Of a stretch of DNA of 64,000 nt, positions 48,119 to 56,267 are shown piece after piece. The stretch lies in sequence record NZ_CP044066.1; one strand, written 5' to 3'. The translations under genes and the position numbers were made by a program. This stretch comes from a plasmid. Every line of letters begins with the position of its first letter. The first letter of the stretch is position 1. The notes below the pieces were generated by a model. It worked only from the letters and a program-made list of their open reading frames with translations, did not search any database and had not been told where the DNA came from.

Positions 48119-49189
48119 TCAGGCTGGGACGACTTGCTGCGACATCTGGCGCAACTGATGAACGGTGCGCCATTCATCGCAGAAATCGGTGCCACGCACC
48201 TTGGGTCGGTGCATCACGACCTTGAAGCCGGCTTGCCGCAAGCGCTTCTGCAATACCAGTGCATCGGCCATGCCGGGCGACTTGTGGGTCTCCGGATCAA
48301 TGGCATCGAAATCGGCAAAGATATGGACCGTTTCGATGCCAAGGCCTTGCGGCACCACGAACTGGCTGAGCAGCACCCGGTTCAGGCAGTACCAGGTGGG
48401 GACGCCGAATTGCATGTATGCGGCATACGCCGTTTCCATGCCTTCGGCAATTCCGAGCTCACCATTGCGTGGCGCCATCAGCCGCACTGCGCCGCCCGCC
48501 GGCGGCAATGCCGAAACATCGTTGCGCTTGGCAGGTAGCACCTCTCCGTCCGGCGTGATGACGATGGCTTTCTCCGGCTTGCGGGGATCCAATGACGTTC
48601 GATGCACGGTCGCCATACGGCCGTCAGGCAGCGTGAACTGCGCAACGATCGTAGGGTATCGGCCGACCACCCGCTTCTCGTACCAGTAGTCCTGCACTGC
48701 GAGCCTCAAGGCCTGCGGCCGTGGTGCTCGCAAGCCCGGAATGCGGGCCGCAAGATATCGCATGGCATGGTCGCCAGCGGACAAGCATGATGCGGTCGCC
48801 CACTGCTTCTCGATCCTGCGCAGCTTGGTCGCCGAGTCGGCCCGCGTTCGAGCGGGGCTGGCCCCGGATGTCGCAGGCACGCGGGCTTCGATCGGAGCAC
48901 CGTTGAGGATCCGCTTCAACTCCGAATACGACATTTCGGTGTAGCGGCGGACAAGCTCAAGCCCGTCGCCTCCGGCCGGACTGCCGTCATTGCACTTGCG
49001 ACACACCCAGTCACCGCGACCACGGTTGCGGGTATAGGTGAAGCGGTCTTTACCGCCGCACATCGGACAGGGGCATGGACGCCCGCGCCAGAAGGCATCC
49101 GTCAGGACGCCGGCTGGCAGGTACTGAGCAATGAGGGCGTCCCACTGCTCAGACTTCCAGCTCTTAACAATGTCACTGATAGCTTTCAT
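48119..49189 (-). CDS. zinc-finger + toprim-domain DNA primase-like protein
   Basis: Zn motif CPMCGGKDRFTYTRNRGRGDWVCRKCN followed by a toprim-like region. Start MKAISDIVKSW. Confidence 0.55.
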   Translation of the reverse strand: MKAISDIVKSWKSEQWDALIAQYLPAGVLTDAFWRGRPCPCPMCGGKDRFTYTRNRGRGDWVCRKCNDGSPAGGDGLELVRRYTEMSYSELKRILNGAPIEARVPATSGASPARTRADSATKLRRIEKQWATASCLSAGDHAMRYLAARIPGLRAPRPQALRLAVQDYWYEKRVVGRYPTIVAQFTLPDGRMATVHRTSLDPRKPEKAIVITPDGEVLPAKRNDVSALPPAGGAVRLMAPRNGELGIAEGMETAYAAYMQFGVPTWYCLNRVLLSQFVVPQGLGIETVHIFADFDAIDPETHKSPGMADALVLQKRLRQAGFKVVMHRPKVRGTDFCDEWRTVHQLRQMSQQVVPA

Positions 49190-49213
49190 GGGATGACTCC
49201 TTTTGGGAGTGGT

Positions 49214-49239
49214 GGGTCGATGCCTGAGACAGGCGAAGG
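49214..49239 (-). repeat. M1 motif copy 10 (variant GGGTCGATGCCTGagaCAGGCGAAGG)
   Basis: Directly abuts the SD hairpin of the primase gene. Palindrome arms co-varied to GCCTG/CAGGC. Confidence 0.5.
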
Positions 49240-49409
49240 AACGCTTGCTCAAAAGACATCCCGGCGGCGAGCCAGAAGGTCTTTTCAGCATGGCGTTTGC
49301 GGTTGAGCGAAAGGGAGATGCGCTGCGGGACGGCAGCCAGGAGGAAGGAAAGAACTGCTACCGGAAAACCGGCAGCAGGAGGAACGTGTAACGGTTGGCG
49401 AACCCCGGA

Positions 49410-49970
49410 TCAGCGTCGGAACGGAATGCCGTCCAACGCCAGGGGCGCCGCAAAGGGAATGTCGTCGTCCATATCTCCGAAGCCGCCATCGCGCGGTGCA
49501 CCGCCGCCGCCATAGCTTCCAGCTGACTGCTGTTCGCTGTTGGAGGGCTGGCGCTGCTGGCCGCGGCCCGCGCCTCGCTGGGAGCCTCCGCCGTACGCCC
49601 CCGCATCGGCGCCGTCGTCATCGCCCGGCCGGCCACCCCGGCCCCCCAGCATCTGCATCTGGTCGGCCACGATCTCGGTGCTGTACCTGTCCTGCCCCGA
49701 CTGATCCTGCCACTTACGTGTGCGGATGCGGCCTTCGATATAGACGGAAGAGCCCTTCTTCAAGTACTGGCCGACGATCTCCGCGAGCTTGCCGAAGAAC
49801 GCAATGCGATGCCACTCGGTGGCTTCCTTAAACTCGCCGCTTTGCTTGTCCTTGTAGCGGTCGGTCGTCGCGAGCCGGATGTTGGCCACGGCGTCGCCGC
49901 TGGGCATGTAGCGGACTTCAGGGTCTGCCCCGAGGTTACCGACGAGGATGACTTTGTTGACGGATGCCAT
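49410..49970 (-). CDS. ssb: single-stranded DNA-binding protein
   Basis: OB-fold N-terminus [21 protein letters not shown]. Gly-rich linker and acidic tail DDDIPF. Confidence 0.85.
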   Translation of the reverse strand: MASVNKVILVGNLGADPEVRYMPSGDAVANIRLATTDRYKDKQSGEFKEATEWHRIAFFGKLAEIVGQYLKKGSSVYIEGRIRTRKWQDQSGQDRYSTEIVADQMQMLGGRGGRPGDDDGADAGAYGGGSQRGAGRGQQRQPSNSEQQSAGSYGGGGAPRDGGFGDMDDDIPFAAPLALDGIPFRR

Positions 49971-49979
49971 GTAGTTCCT

Positions 49980-50768
49980 TCAGTGGATGCGATTGATTGA
50001 CCAGACCCAGCGGTCCCAAAGCTTCTGCTGGTTGGTCGCACGATCAATAATGGGACGCCCGGTCTTCTGATCGAAGGCCGGCACTTTTTCCTTATGAAGC
50101 CGGCGAATGCCAACGCGCTCGCCTAGCTCGCAATGGGCGCTGGCCAGGACGTCCTTGAGGCCTTCGCCCTGCAGCACCTTCTCGCCAGCACTGGTTTCGA
50201 GCTTCACGGCGAACGAGGTGTAGGTCGGCTTGCCGCCCGGCTTGGGCTTGCGATTGGGAAACTCCATCTCGCCCCACTCCACCAGCTTTCCGACTGTGTA
50301 GTTGGACGAGGAAGCTTCAGCAGCGCGCGGTTTGACATGAGGCTGCGCGACGGCGTACTCATCGCGCGCCGCTCCACTGGGTTGCGTCTCCGGCTGGGCG
50401 CTCTTTCGAGCGGGCTGGATCGATTGCATCCTCGCGTCACGCACTACGTCTTCAGCGACCTTCTGCGGCGTGACGCCAGGCTGATCGTAGGTGCGAACCT
50501 TGCTCCAGCGCGGCACGACGTCGGGCAGTAGCTTGTTACCGAATGCGGTGTGGCGAATGCGACGATCGAACTCGGCCACGAAGTGCACCACGCGATCTCC
50601 TTCATCTCGAAACAGATGAGGGATGCCATCGATCTGCATGTGGAACTCGTTATCGGCGCCAGTGCCGACCGCGATCATGTCCGCCGGCGAGGGGTGGTCG
50701 CTCTGGAGCTCAGCACGGTCGCTGACCAGCGCGGCAGCGACCTGCTTGATTAGATTGAGCAGTGACAT
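49980..50768 (-). CDS. hypothetical protein (262 aa)
   Basis: High GC3. The N-terminus MSLLNLIKQ is echoed as a gene fragment at 45628..45660. Confidence 0.5.
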   Translation of the reverse strand: MSLLNLIKQVAAALVSDRAELQSDHPSPADMIAVGTGADNEFHMQIDGIPHLFRDEGDRVVHFVAEFDRRIRHTAFGNKLLPDVVPRWSKVRTYDQPGVTPQKVAEDVVRDARMQSIQPARKSAQPETQPSGAARDEYAVAQPHVKPRAAEASSSNYTVGKLVEWGEMEFPNRKPKPGGKPTYTSFAVKLETSAGEKVLQGEGLKDVLASAHCELGERVGIRRLHKEKVPAFDQKTGRPIIDRATNQQKLWDRWVWSINRIH

Positions 50769-50775
50769 GGGGATT

Positions 50776-51198
50776 TCATAATAGAGAGCCGTAGCACTGG
50801 CGCTTGACCTCCTCGAGGACAGCCGTCAGGCGAGCGTGACCAAAGACAACGTCTTGCAGGACGTCAGGGCTCACGCCGCTGATGTCGCAGACGTACTTGT
50901 AGGGAATGGCGCCATCCCAGAACCCGAAAATCCAGCCGATCGTCATGAAGAGCTCTTTGCGATCGACGGCTTCGTTACGGATGCACTCCCGGAACAGCTT
51001 TGCGCAGTCCAGCAGCGATTCGGGCATGTTGACGCCATGGCGGCTGCCACAGGCGAGGTCGATGAGCGCATCGGTCAGGCGCTCGCGCAGCGACTCGTCG
51101 ACTGGCTCTCGCCGGCTGCGATCCGTCGGGGGAGGAGCAACGATGGCGGTCGCTTCTCCGAAGAAGTCCAGTTGCCATCCTGCGTTGGTTGTTTCCAT
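50776..51198 (-). CDS. hypothetical protein (140 aa)
   Basis: ORF with high GC3. Confidence 0.45.
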   Translation of the reverse strand: METTNAGWQLDFFGEATAIVAPPPTDRSRREPVDESLRERLTDALIDLACGSRHGVNMPESLLDCAKLFRECIRNEAVDRKELFMTIGWIFGFWDGAIPYKYVCDISGVSPDVLQDVVFGHARLTAVLEEVKRQCYGSLL

Positions 51199-51297
51199 GA
51201 TGGTCTCCGGACGGGCGTCCGAAGACCCACCTGCCGGCGGGTATCGGATACCCGCGACAGGTGGAAGAAGGCCGCCCGGGAACCGGGCGGCGGTGGA

Positions 51298-51621
51298 TCA
51301 GGGACGGTTGTCCGTCCCGGTTCGACGAATCGGTGTCACAACTGCCGAGCGTTCGTACTTGCGCTCGGGCTGCTCCTCCGGTTGAGGCGCGTCGGCTTTC
51401 GGCTTGGACGGATAGTCCGGCATCGATACCTTCGGTGCTGCAGGGATGCTGCGGCTGCTGTTGACGGCCTTGTTGTACAGATACGAGATCCCAACGACCG
51501 TCACGAATACACCGACGGGAAACGACTGGGATGCGAGATACAGCACCATGCAGAGCACGAGCAGTTGCAGGGGGCGCTTGACGAGATGAGCAAGGGATTC
51601 CACGGTTTCTCTCCGAAACAT
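51298..51621 (-). CDS. hypothetical membrane protein (107 aa)
   Basis: Two TM helices. Start ambiguous between ATG and GTG. Confidence 0.4.
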   Translation of the reverse strand: MFRRETVESLAHLVKRPLQLLVLCMVLYLASQSFPVGVFVTVVGISYLYNKAVNSSRSIPAAPKVSMPDYPSKPKADAPQPEEQPERKYERSAVVTPIRRTGTDNRP

Positions 51622-51791
51622 TGCAAGGGATGGTCCTGACGGATGTCAGGCGCTGGTTCGATGCTCAATGAGCAAGGAAGCCCGTGGACTGCGCGCGTGA
51701 ACGCACTTGCGTCATGCCGCGGCATGGCGCAAAGGCGCTGGTGCTGGGGAAAGAAGGGAATGGGCGAGCGGCACGTAGCCAACTTCGCGCT

Positions 51792-51815
51792 GATCGATGC
51801 GTGTGGACGCGGTGT
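51792..51815 (-). repeat. M1 motif copy 11 (GATCGATGCGTgtgGACGCGGTGT)
   Basis: Upstream of the 51621 gene. The 21-bp palindromic repeat lies about 75 nt further on. Confidence 0.5.
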
Positions 51816-52157
51816 TCCGTAAATCCTAGCCGAAGATTCGAGGCTCAAGAACCCGGAAAGCTCACCAAAACCATACGTCTTTCTGCCGAAATAGGTCGAG
51901 CATGCTCGGTAGATTTCATAATACGAAACAAATGTATCTTCAGAACGGATACAAACGATTTAGATATTACTTAGATCTGATCTTCTTTTTATGCAGCTCT
52001 ATCCCGTAAGTTGGGGGTAACTCACTAAAGCTGTCCTTTCTCACCCCGATAAGACGCATACATGTAACCGTCTTAAGGCCGCCTTCCGAAAAAGGGGCCC
52101 GAAAAAACGTAGCTTTCTGCCGGCTGCTGTGGCCGGGCGTTTCGTAATCTCTGCGGA

Positions 52158-52190
52158 GGCTTGACAACGCAAATCAAACGCTACGCTGGT
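52158..52190 (+). promoter_or_regulatory. sigma70-type promoter (GGCTTGACAACG, 15-nt spacer, TACGCT)
   Basis: Same -35 / 15-nt spacer / TAnnnT architecture as the ACGACTTGACATTG family. Confidence 0.4.
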
Positions 52191-52217
52191 TGTCATGTTC
52201 ATCAACGAGAGTGAAAC

Positions 52218-53441
52218 ATGCCAGAAAAGAAGAAGAAACTTGATGGTCTATCGGTGCCGCCTGCGGAGTCGGCCAAGAAAGCCGATATCGTAGATTTTCC
52301 TGTCTCACGCCTGCAGGCCTCCATGGACGCTCGGTTGCGCGAGATCATGGGCCCCAGCCTCAGCGAGGATCAGCTTGGCCGCCTTGGCGACGCCATCCAT
52401 AACATTCGGCGGGTGCGCGAGAAGATCGAGCGCGCGCTGCTCGAGATGGGCTCCGAGTTGCAGAACATTCATGACCTGTCGATGGAATCGGTCATCGGGG
52501 AGTTCGGCGACACGCGCGGGGCGCGGATGCGTGGCTGGACCAAGTTCAATCAACTCGCGAAGGAACTGCTCGAGCTTCAGCCCAACCAGGCGAAGCTGTA
52601 TCTTGGCCTGTATGTCCGCTTCCAGAACCACAATGGCGCACTGAGCAAGCTCAATACCGGCGAACTGATGATCCTGCAGCCCGCCGAGTACACCGATGAG
52701 GAAGTCGACGCTGTCATCGAGTTCAAGGACACCGACCCAACGTACCGCCGCGGGAAGATCCGTGACTTCATCAAGCAACTGCGACGAAAGCACGAGCAGG
52801 TCATCGATGTGTCCACCCGTCTGGACATTGCAACCTCTGAACTTGCCAACACGGTTCAGGACAATGCTGACAAAGACCTCGAAATCCGTCGGCTCAACGA
52901 AGAAGTATCGCGGCTTGCTGCGGAGCGCGATGCCGATCGCGATGCCCTGAGTCACGTGCGCGAAGAACTCACCCGGCATAACCATTCGCAGAGCATGCAG
53001 CAGATGCGTATCCAGGATCTGGAGCGCGAGACCCGGGAGTTGCAGGAGCGCGTAGCGAGCGCGCGCGCGAATGCGCGCACCGAGACGGTGGAGGTACCGA
53101 TTGTCCCCCCCGGCTACGCTACGATCGAAGAGGCGCTGGCCGCGAAGAATTCGGAGTTGGAAGCAGCACGGAGCCAGCTTGCCGATATCGAAAACCGGCG
53201 CCTCGGGATCGAACAAGAGATCAAGGACCGCGCTAGCGTTCTGGATCGTCGCGCGAAGGCCGACGGCGCACTCGCGACGCTTGTCGATCAGTTTGAGAAG
53301 ACGGTCTCGGCGTTCGCGGCCACGCAACTGGCCGTGCAGATGGACGGCAGCGTCGATCAGTTCCAATCGACGCTCACGGTGCTTGACAGCATCGTGGGTC
53401 GCCTCCACGCAGATATTCGCGCTGCCCTCCAAACTCGCTGA
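52218..53441 (+). CDS. coiled-coil hypothetical protein (407 aa)
   Basis: Long heptad-rich, E/R/Q/L-rich sequence. Confidence 0.5.
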   Translation: MPEKKKKLDGLSVPPAESAKKADIVDFPVSRLQASMDARLREIMGPSLSEDQLGRLGDAIHNIRRVREKIERALLEMGSELQNIHDLSMESVIGEFGDTRGARMRGWTKFNQLAKELLELQPNQAKLYLGLYVRFQNHNGALSKLNTGELMILQPAEYTDEEVDAVIEFKDTDPTYRRGKIRDFIKQLRRKHEQVIDVSTRLDIATSELANTVQDNADKDLEIRRLNEEVSRLAAERDADRDALSHVREELTRHNHSQSMQQMRIQDLERETRELQERVASARANARTETVEVPIVPPGYATIEEALAAKNSELEAARSQLADIENRRLGIEQEIKDRASVLDRRAKADGALATLVDQFEKTVSAFAATQLAVQMDGSVDQFQSTLTVLDSIVGRLHADIRAALQTR

Positions 53442-53452
53442 TCAGACCTGCC

Positions 53453-54628
53453 ATGCAACAACAATCTTTGACGGCGGATTTTGAGCGCCTGCAATTGACC
53501 CGAATGACGTGCGATCGCATTCGTTCGGCCAACTACCATCTCACCGCTCACCTCGCCGAAGCGCTGAGCGCGCACCCCCAGCTGGATGCCGTTCTGCACA
53601 TTGATCGCGCGCATATCGACAAGCTGCGGAAGGCCGAGGCAACGCAACGGGACCTGATGGGTACGCCCTTCCTCGTTGTGGTACCGACACTCATGGACGT
53701 GCACGACTGGAAGTGTCTGACGGAGGGTACGACTACCACCGTCGCCGTGGACAAGCTCCGCCACCAACTGCCCAAATGGAGCAACGACGACAAGCTTCGC
53801 CTCTTCTTCAACAACCGCCATTACATCTGGCTGATGGTCGAGCTGCTGCATGTGAGTATCCTCGCTGCGCCGCTCCTCGGCATCAGCAAAGAGCTCGCCG
53901 AGTACCTTCGATCGCTGCCGCAGCACGTTCTCGACATGGTTATCGCGAAGGTCGATTTCCCGATCTTCCGCTGGTGCCTCGACAACAGGCGCTTCTGGAT
54001 CGACTTCGAAACATCGCGCCTGTCCTCGGATGCGATCGGCCACCATTTCTTGGCCACCGTGCCCATCCGCGCCGATCGGATCGAGGCGAACCAGAGTTGG
54101 ACGAACCTCCGCCTCGACCCGTTGAAGAAGAAGGTCTACGGTGAATTGATGATCCGGCAATACTGTCGCGCCTCCACGGTCACGTCGCTGCTCGGTATCA
54201 ATTCGACCAAGACTCGCCAGCTCTTCCAGTCAATTCATGGAGCCTCTTCGCCGACGGGTCAGCTGCCGACCTCGACAGCATGGTACTTCGAACAACCGTT
54301 GCATCGCATGCAGGCAACGATGATGGTGACGCTGTACCGGATCGGTCTCGCCTTTGGGGGCAGTGTCCCTGAAGCATTCATTGCCGCCTACGACTTGTTC
54401 GACAAGTTCTTCGGCCCCGATTCGCGGATCTCCGCAGACCGGGCGTGCCACATCTGCCGATCGATGTCCACGGACACACAGCTGGACCTTGCCCCCTGCC
54501 GAAGTTGCCGCACCCCTTACCTTATCGCCAACACAGCGCCCAAGATCGAGCTCAGCAACAGCTTCTCGTGCCCGGGCTGCAGCGGGGCGCTGGGGAACGG
54601 ACAACTCGGCCGCCGTCGCAAGCAATAA
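53453..54628 (+). CDS. hypothetical protein with C-terminal Cys-rich zinc ribbon (391 aa)
   Basis: CHICRS...CRSC...CPGC. Confidence 0.5.
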   Translation: MQQQSLTADFERLQLTRMTCDRIRSANYHLTAHLAEALSAHPQLDAVLHIDRAHIDKLRKAEATQRDLMGTPFLVVVPTLMDVHDWKCLTEGTTTTVAVDKLRHQLPKWSNDDKLRLFFNNRHYIWLMVELLHVSILAAPLLGISKELAEYLRSLPQHVLDMVIAKVDFPIFRWCLDNRRFWIDFETSRLSSDAIGHHFLATVPIRADRIEANQSWTNLRLDPLKKKVYGELMIRQYCRASTVTSLLGINSTKTRQLFQSIHGASSPTGQLPTSTAWYFEQPLHRMQATMMVTLYRIGLAFGGSVPEAFIAAYDLFDKFFGPDSRISADRACHICRSMSTDTQLDLAPCRSCRTPYLIANTAPKIELSNSFSCPGCSGALGNGQLGRRRKQ

Positions 54629-54640
54629 GAGAGGGAAGCC

Positions 54641-54994
54641 ATGGAATTCGTACTCAAGAAAATGCTCGAGATCGCGTTCTTGCACGTGCTCCCCTGCTAT
54701 TTCGCCTTCAAGTGGGCGAAAAGAGTCGGGAAGAATCCGTGGATGTGGGCGGTGCTCTGTTTCCTATTTTCGTACTTCGCACTGTTCTTGTTCGGCTTTC
54801 TACAGAACCGCAAGCGGCTACCCACCTACGAGGAATACCGCAGGGCGCATCCGAGCCACACCACGGCGAACGGCGTCTCCTGCAGCGAATGCGGATCGCG
54901 CAGCATCCGCATGTGGCGTCACCAGGTGTTCCTTCATGTGTACCAGTACCACCGGTGCAATCATTGCGGAACCACCCTTTATAGATCGCGTTAG
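54641..54994 (+). CDS. small membrane protein with C-terminal zinc ribbon (117 aa)
   Basis: TM helices followed by CSECGS...CNHCG. Confidence 0.4.
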   Translation: MEFVLKKMLEIAFLHVLPCYFAFKWAKRVGKNPWMWAVLCFLFSYFALFLFGFLQNRKRLPTYEEYRRAHPSHTTANGVSCSECGSRSIRMWRHQVFLHVYQYHRCNHCGTTLYRSR

Positions 54995-55105
54995 ATAGCC
55001 TTACCCCCCGCAACGGGGGTAAAGGATAGACGTCAGACCGCCGTTGTAATAGCGGTCGCGGTTCTTGTATCCTTGCGATCCTGTCGAATTTGTTACTTCC
55101 CAACG

Positions 55106-55303
55106 ATGCGCCTGCTCCTCGCTATCCTGCTCCCGTGGTTCCAGTTCTTCACGATCGGGCGACCGTTCGCCGGGATCATCTGCTTCATCCTTCAAAGCAC
55201 CATTATCGGCTGGATTCCGGCGGCGATCTGGTCCACCTACGCGCTGAGCCAGTACAAGACTGATAAGAAGATTGAGGCCGCTCTCAACAATCGCGGCCGC
55301 TAG
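55106..55303 (+). CDS. YqaE/Pmp3-family (UPF0057) small hydrophobic protein
   Basis: MRLLLAILLPWFQFFTIGRPFAGIICFILQSTIIGWIPAAIWS. Confidence 0.55.
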   Translation: MRLLLAILLPWFQFFTIGRPFAGIICFILQSTIIGWIPAAIWSTYALSQYKTDKKIEAALNNRGR

Positions 55304-55312
55304 GCATTTGGC

Positions 55313-55350
55313 ACGACTTGACATTGCCGCTCCGTCTGTAGGATGAAATC
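55313..55350 (+). promoter_or_regulatory. sigma70-type promoter, ACGACTTGACATTG family copy 3
   Basis: ACGACTTGACATTG, a 15-nt spacer and then TAGGAT, upstream of the lipoprotein gene. Confidence 0.5.
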
Positions 55351-55401
55351 AGGTAGTCCGACGGGTCTGCCACTCATCCAAACTCTGAGAAAGAAGAAAT
55401 C

Positions 55402-56217
55402 ATGCAAAAGAACAAGATCTCCTTCGCGGGCCTTACCACTCTGGCTGCTCTCGCACTGTCCGCCTGCGGTAGCGGCGGTGGCGATGCACCGGCAGCTCAG
55501 CAACCCGGCAATACTGCTCCGCCTGCTCCGGTGATCACCGTGCAGGGCACCGCTCCGTCTGTGTCGGCTGACCCACTGGCGTTCGTCTATGTGCCTGTGG
55601 ACGCCTCGTCCAGCGGCTTCTCGTCTCGAGCAGGCGCGACCGCGAACGCGCCTGCATCGCTTCAAGCCGTCACTGGCGAAGGCGCTTACAAGACCATCGC
55701 TGGCAACACTGCCAGTGCCCTCAGCCTGACGGCCGGCGTCATCACGGACGTAAGCGGTGACGGTCAATATTCGATTGGGCGTTGGACGAATGGCACGACC
55801 GGCATCGGGACGATCAGCGCGAATCAAGGCGCCCATTACGTGGTAGGACGGCCACTCGCGCTGGCCCGTGTCGCAGGCCCGACCGCGACACTCTCTTGTA
55901 CTCTTAAGGCAGCGACTCTTCCGACCGCCGTGTCCGGGAACTTCCCCGCTGGAAAGGTCAACGCCGCTACCGCTCTTATCAATCTAAATGGTCCGCTGGT
56001 GGACACCCTTTCGATTGACCTCTCGATCGGGTCGGACCATGTGACCAAGGCCTTCTCCGGTGTCGCGGTCACCGGTGCTAACCTTTCGGCTAGCGGTGCG
56101 CTTCTGACCGAAACGATGGGAACGGACCAGGCAGCGCCCTACCTCTCTGTCGGCTACACGGTGGCGACTCCCTCTAGCGGCGACGTGGCCGGCACTATCG
56201 TGCTGAAGTGTCAGTGA
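55402..56217 (+). CDS. lipoprotein (271 aa), Gly/Ala/Thr-rich
   Basis: Lipobox LALSAC after the signal peptide. Confidence 0.55.
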   Translation: MQKNKISFAGLTTLAALALSACGSGGGDAPAAQQPGNTAPPAPVITVQGTAPSVSADPLAFVYVPVDASSSGFSSRAGATANAPASLQAVTGEGAYKTIAGNTASALSLTAGVITDVSGDGQYSIGRWTNGTTGIGTISANQGAHYVVGRPLALARVAGPTATLSCTLKAATLPTAVSGNFPAGKVNAATALINLNGPLVDTLSIDLSIGSDHVTKAFSGVAVTGANLSASGALLTETMGTDQAAPYLSVGYTVATPSSGDVAGTIVLKCQ

Positions 56218-56238
56218 CCTATGTCCGCAAGACTTATG

Positions 56239-56266
56239 GAAGCCGGCTCACGCCGGCTTTTTTATT
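56239..56266 (+). terminator. Rho-independent terminator
   Basis: GAAGCCGGCucacGCCGGCUUUUUUAUU. Confidence 0.65.
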
Positions 56267-56267
56267 C

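Noticed and set aside
43817-51911. 21-bp direct repeats as attL/attR of an inserted element
   Set aside because: Not excluded, but both copies sit at operator-like distances upstream of leftward genes and contain a perfect 14-bp palindrome. The enclosed genes share the M1 and leader vocabulary of the rest of the island. An operator reading is more parsimonious.
52305-53432. 375-aa minus-strand ORF
   Set aside because: Antisense to the coiled-coil protein gene. The sense frame has the far better codon bias.
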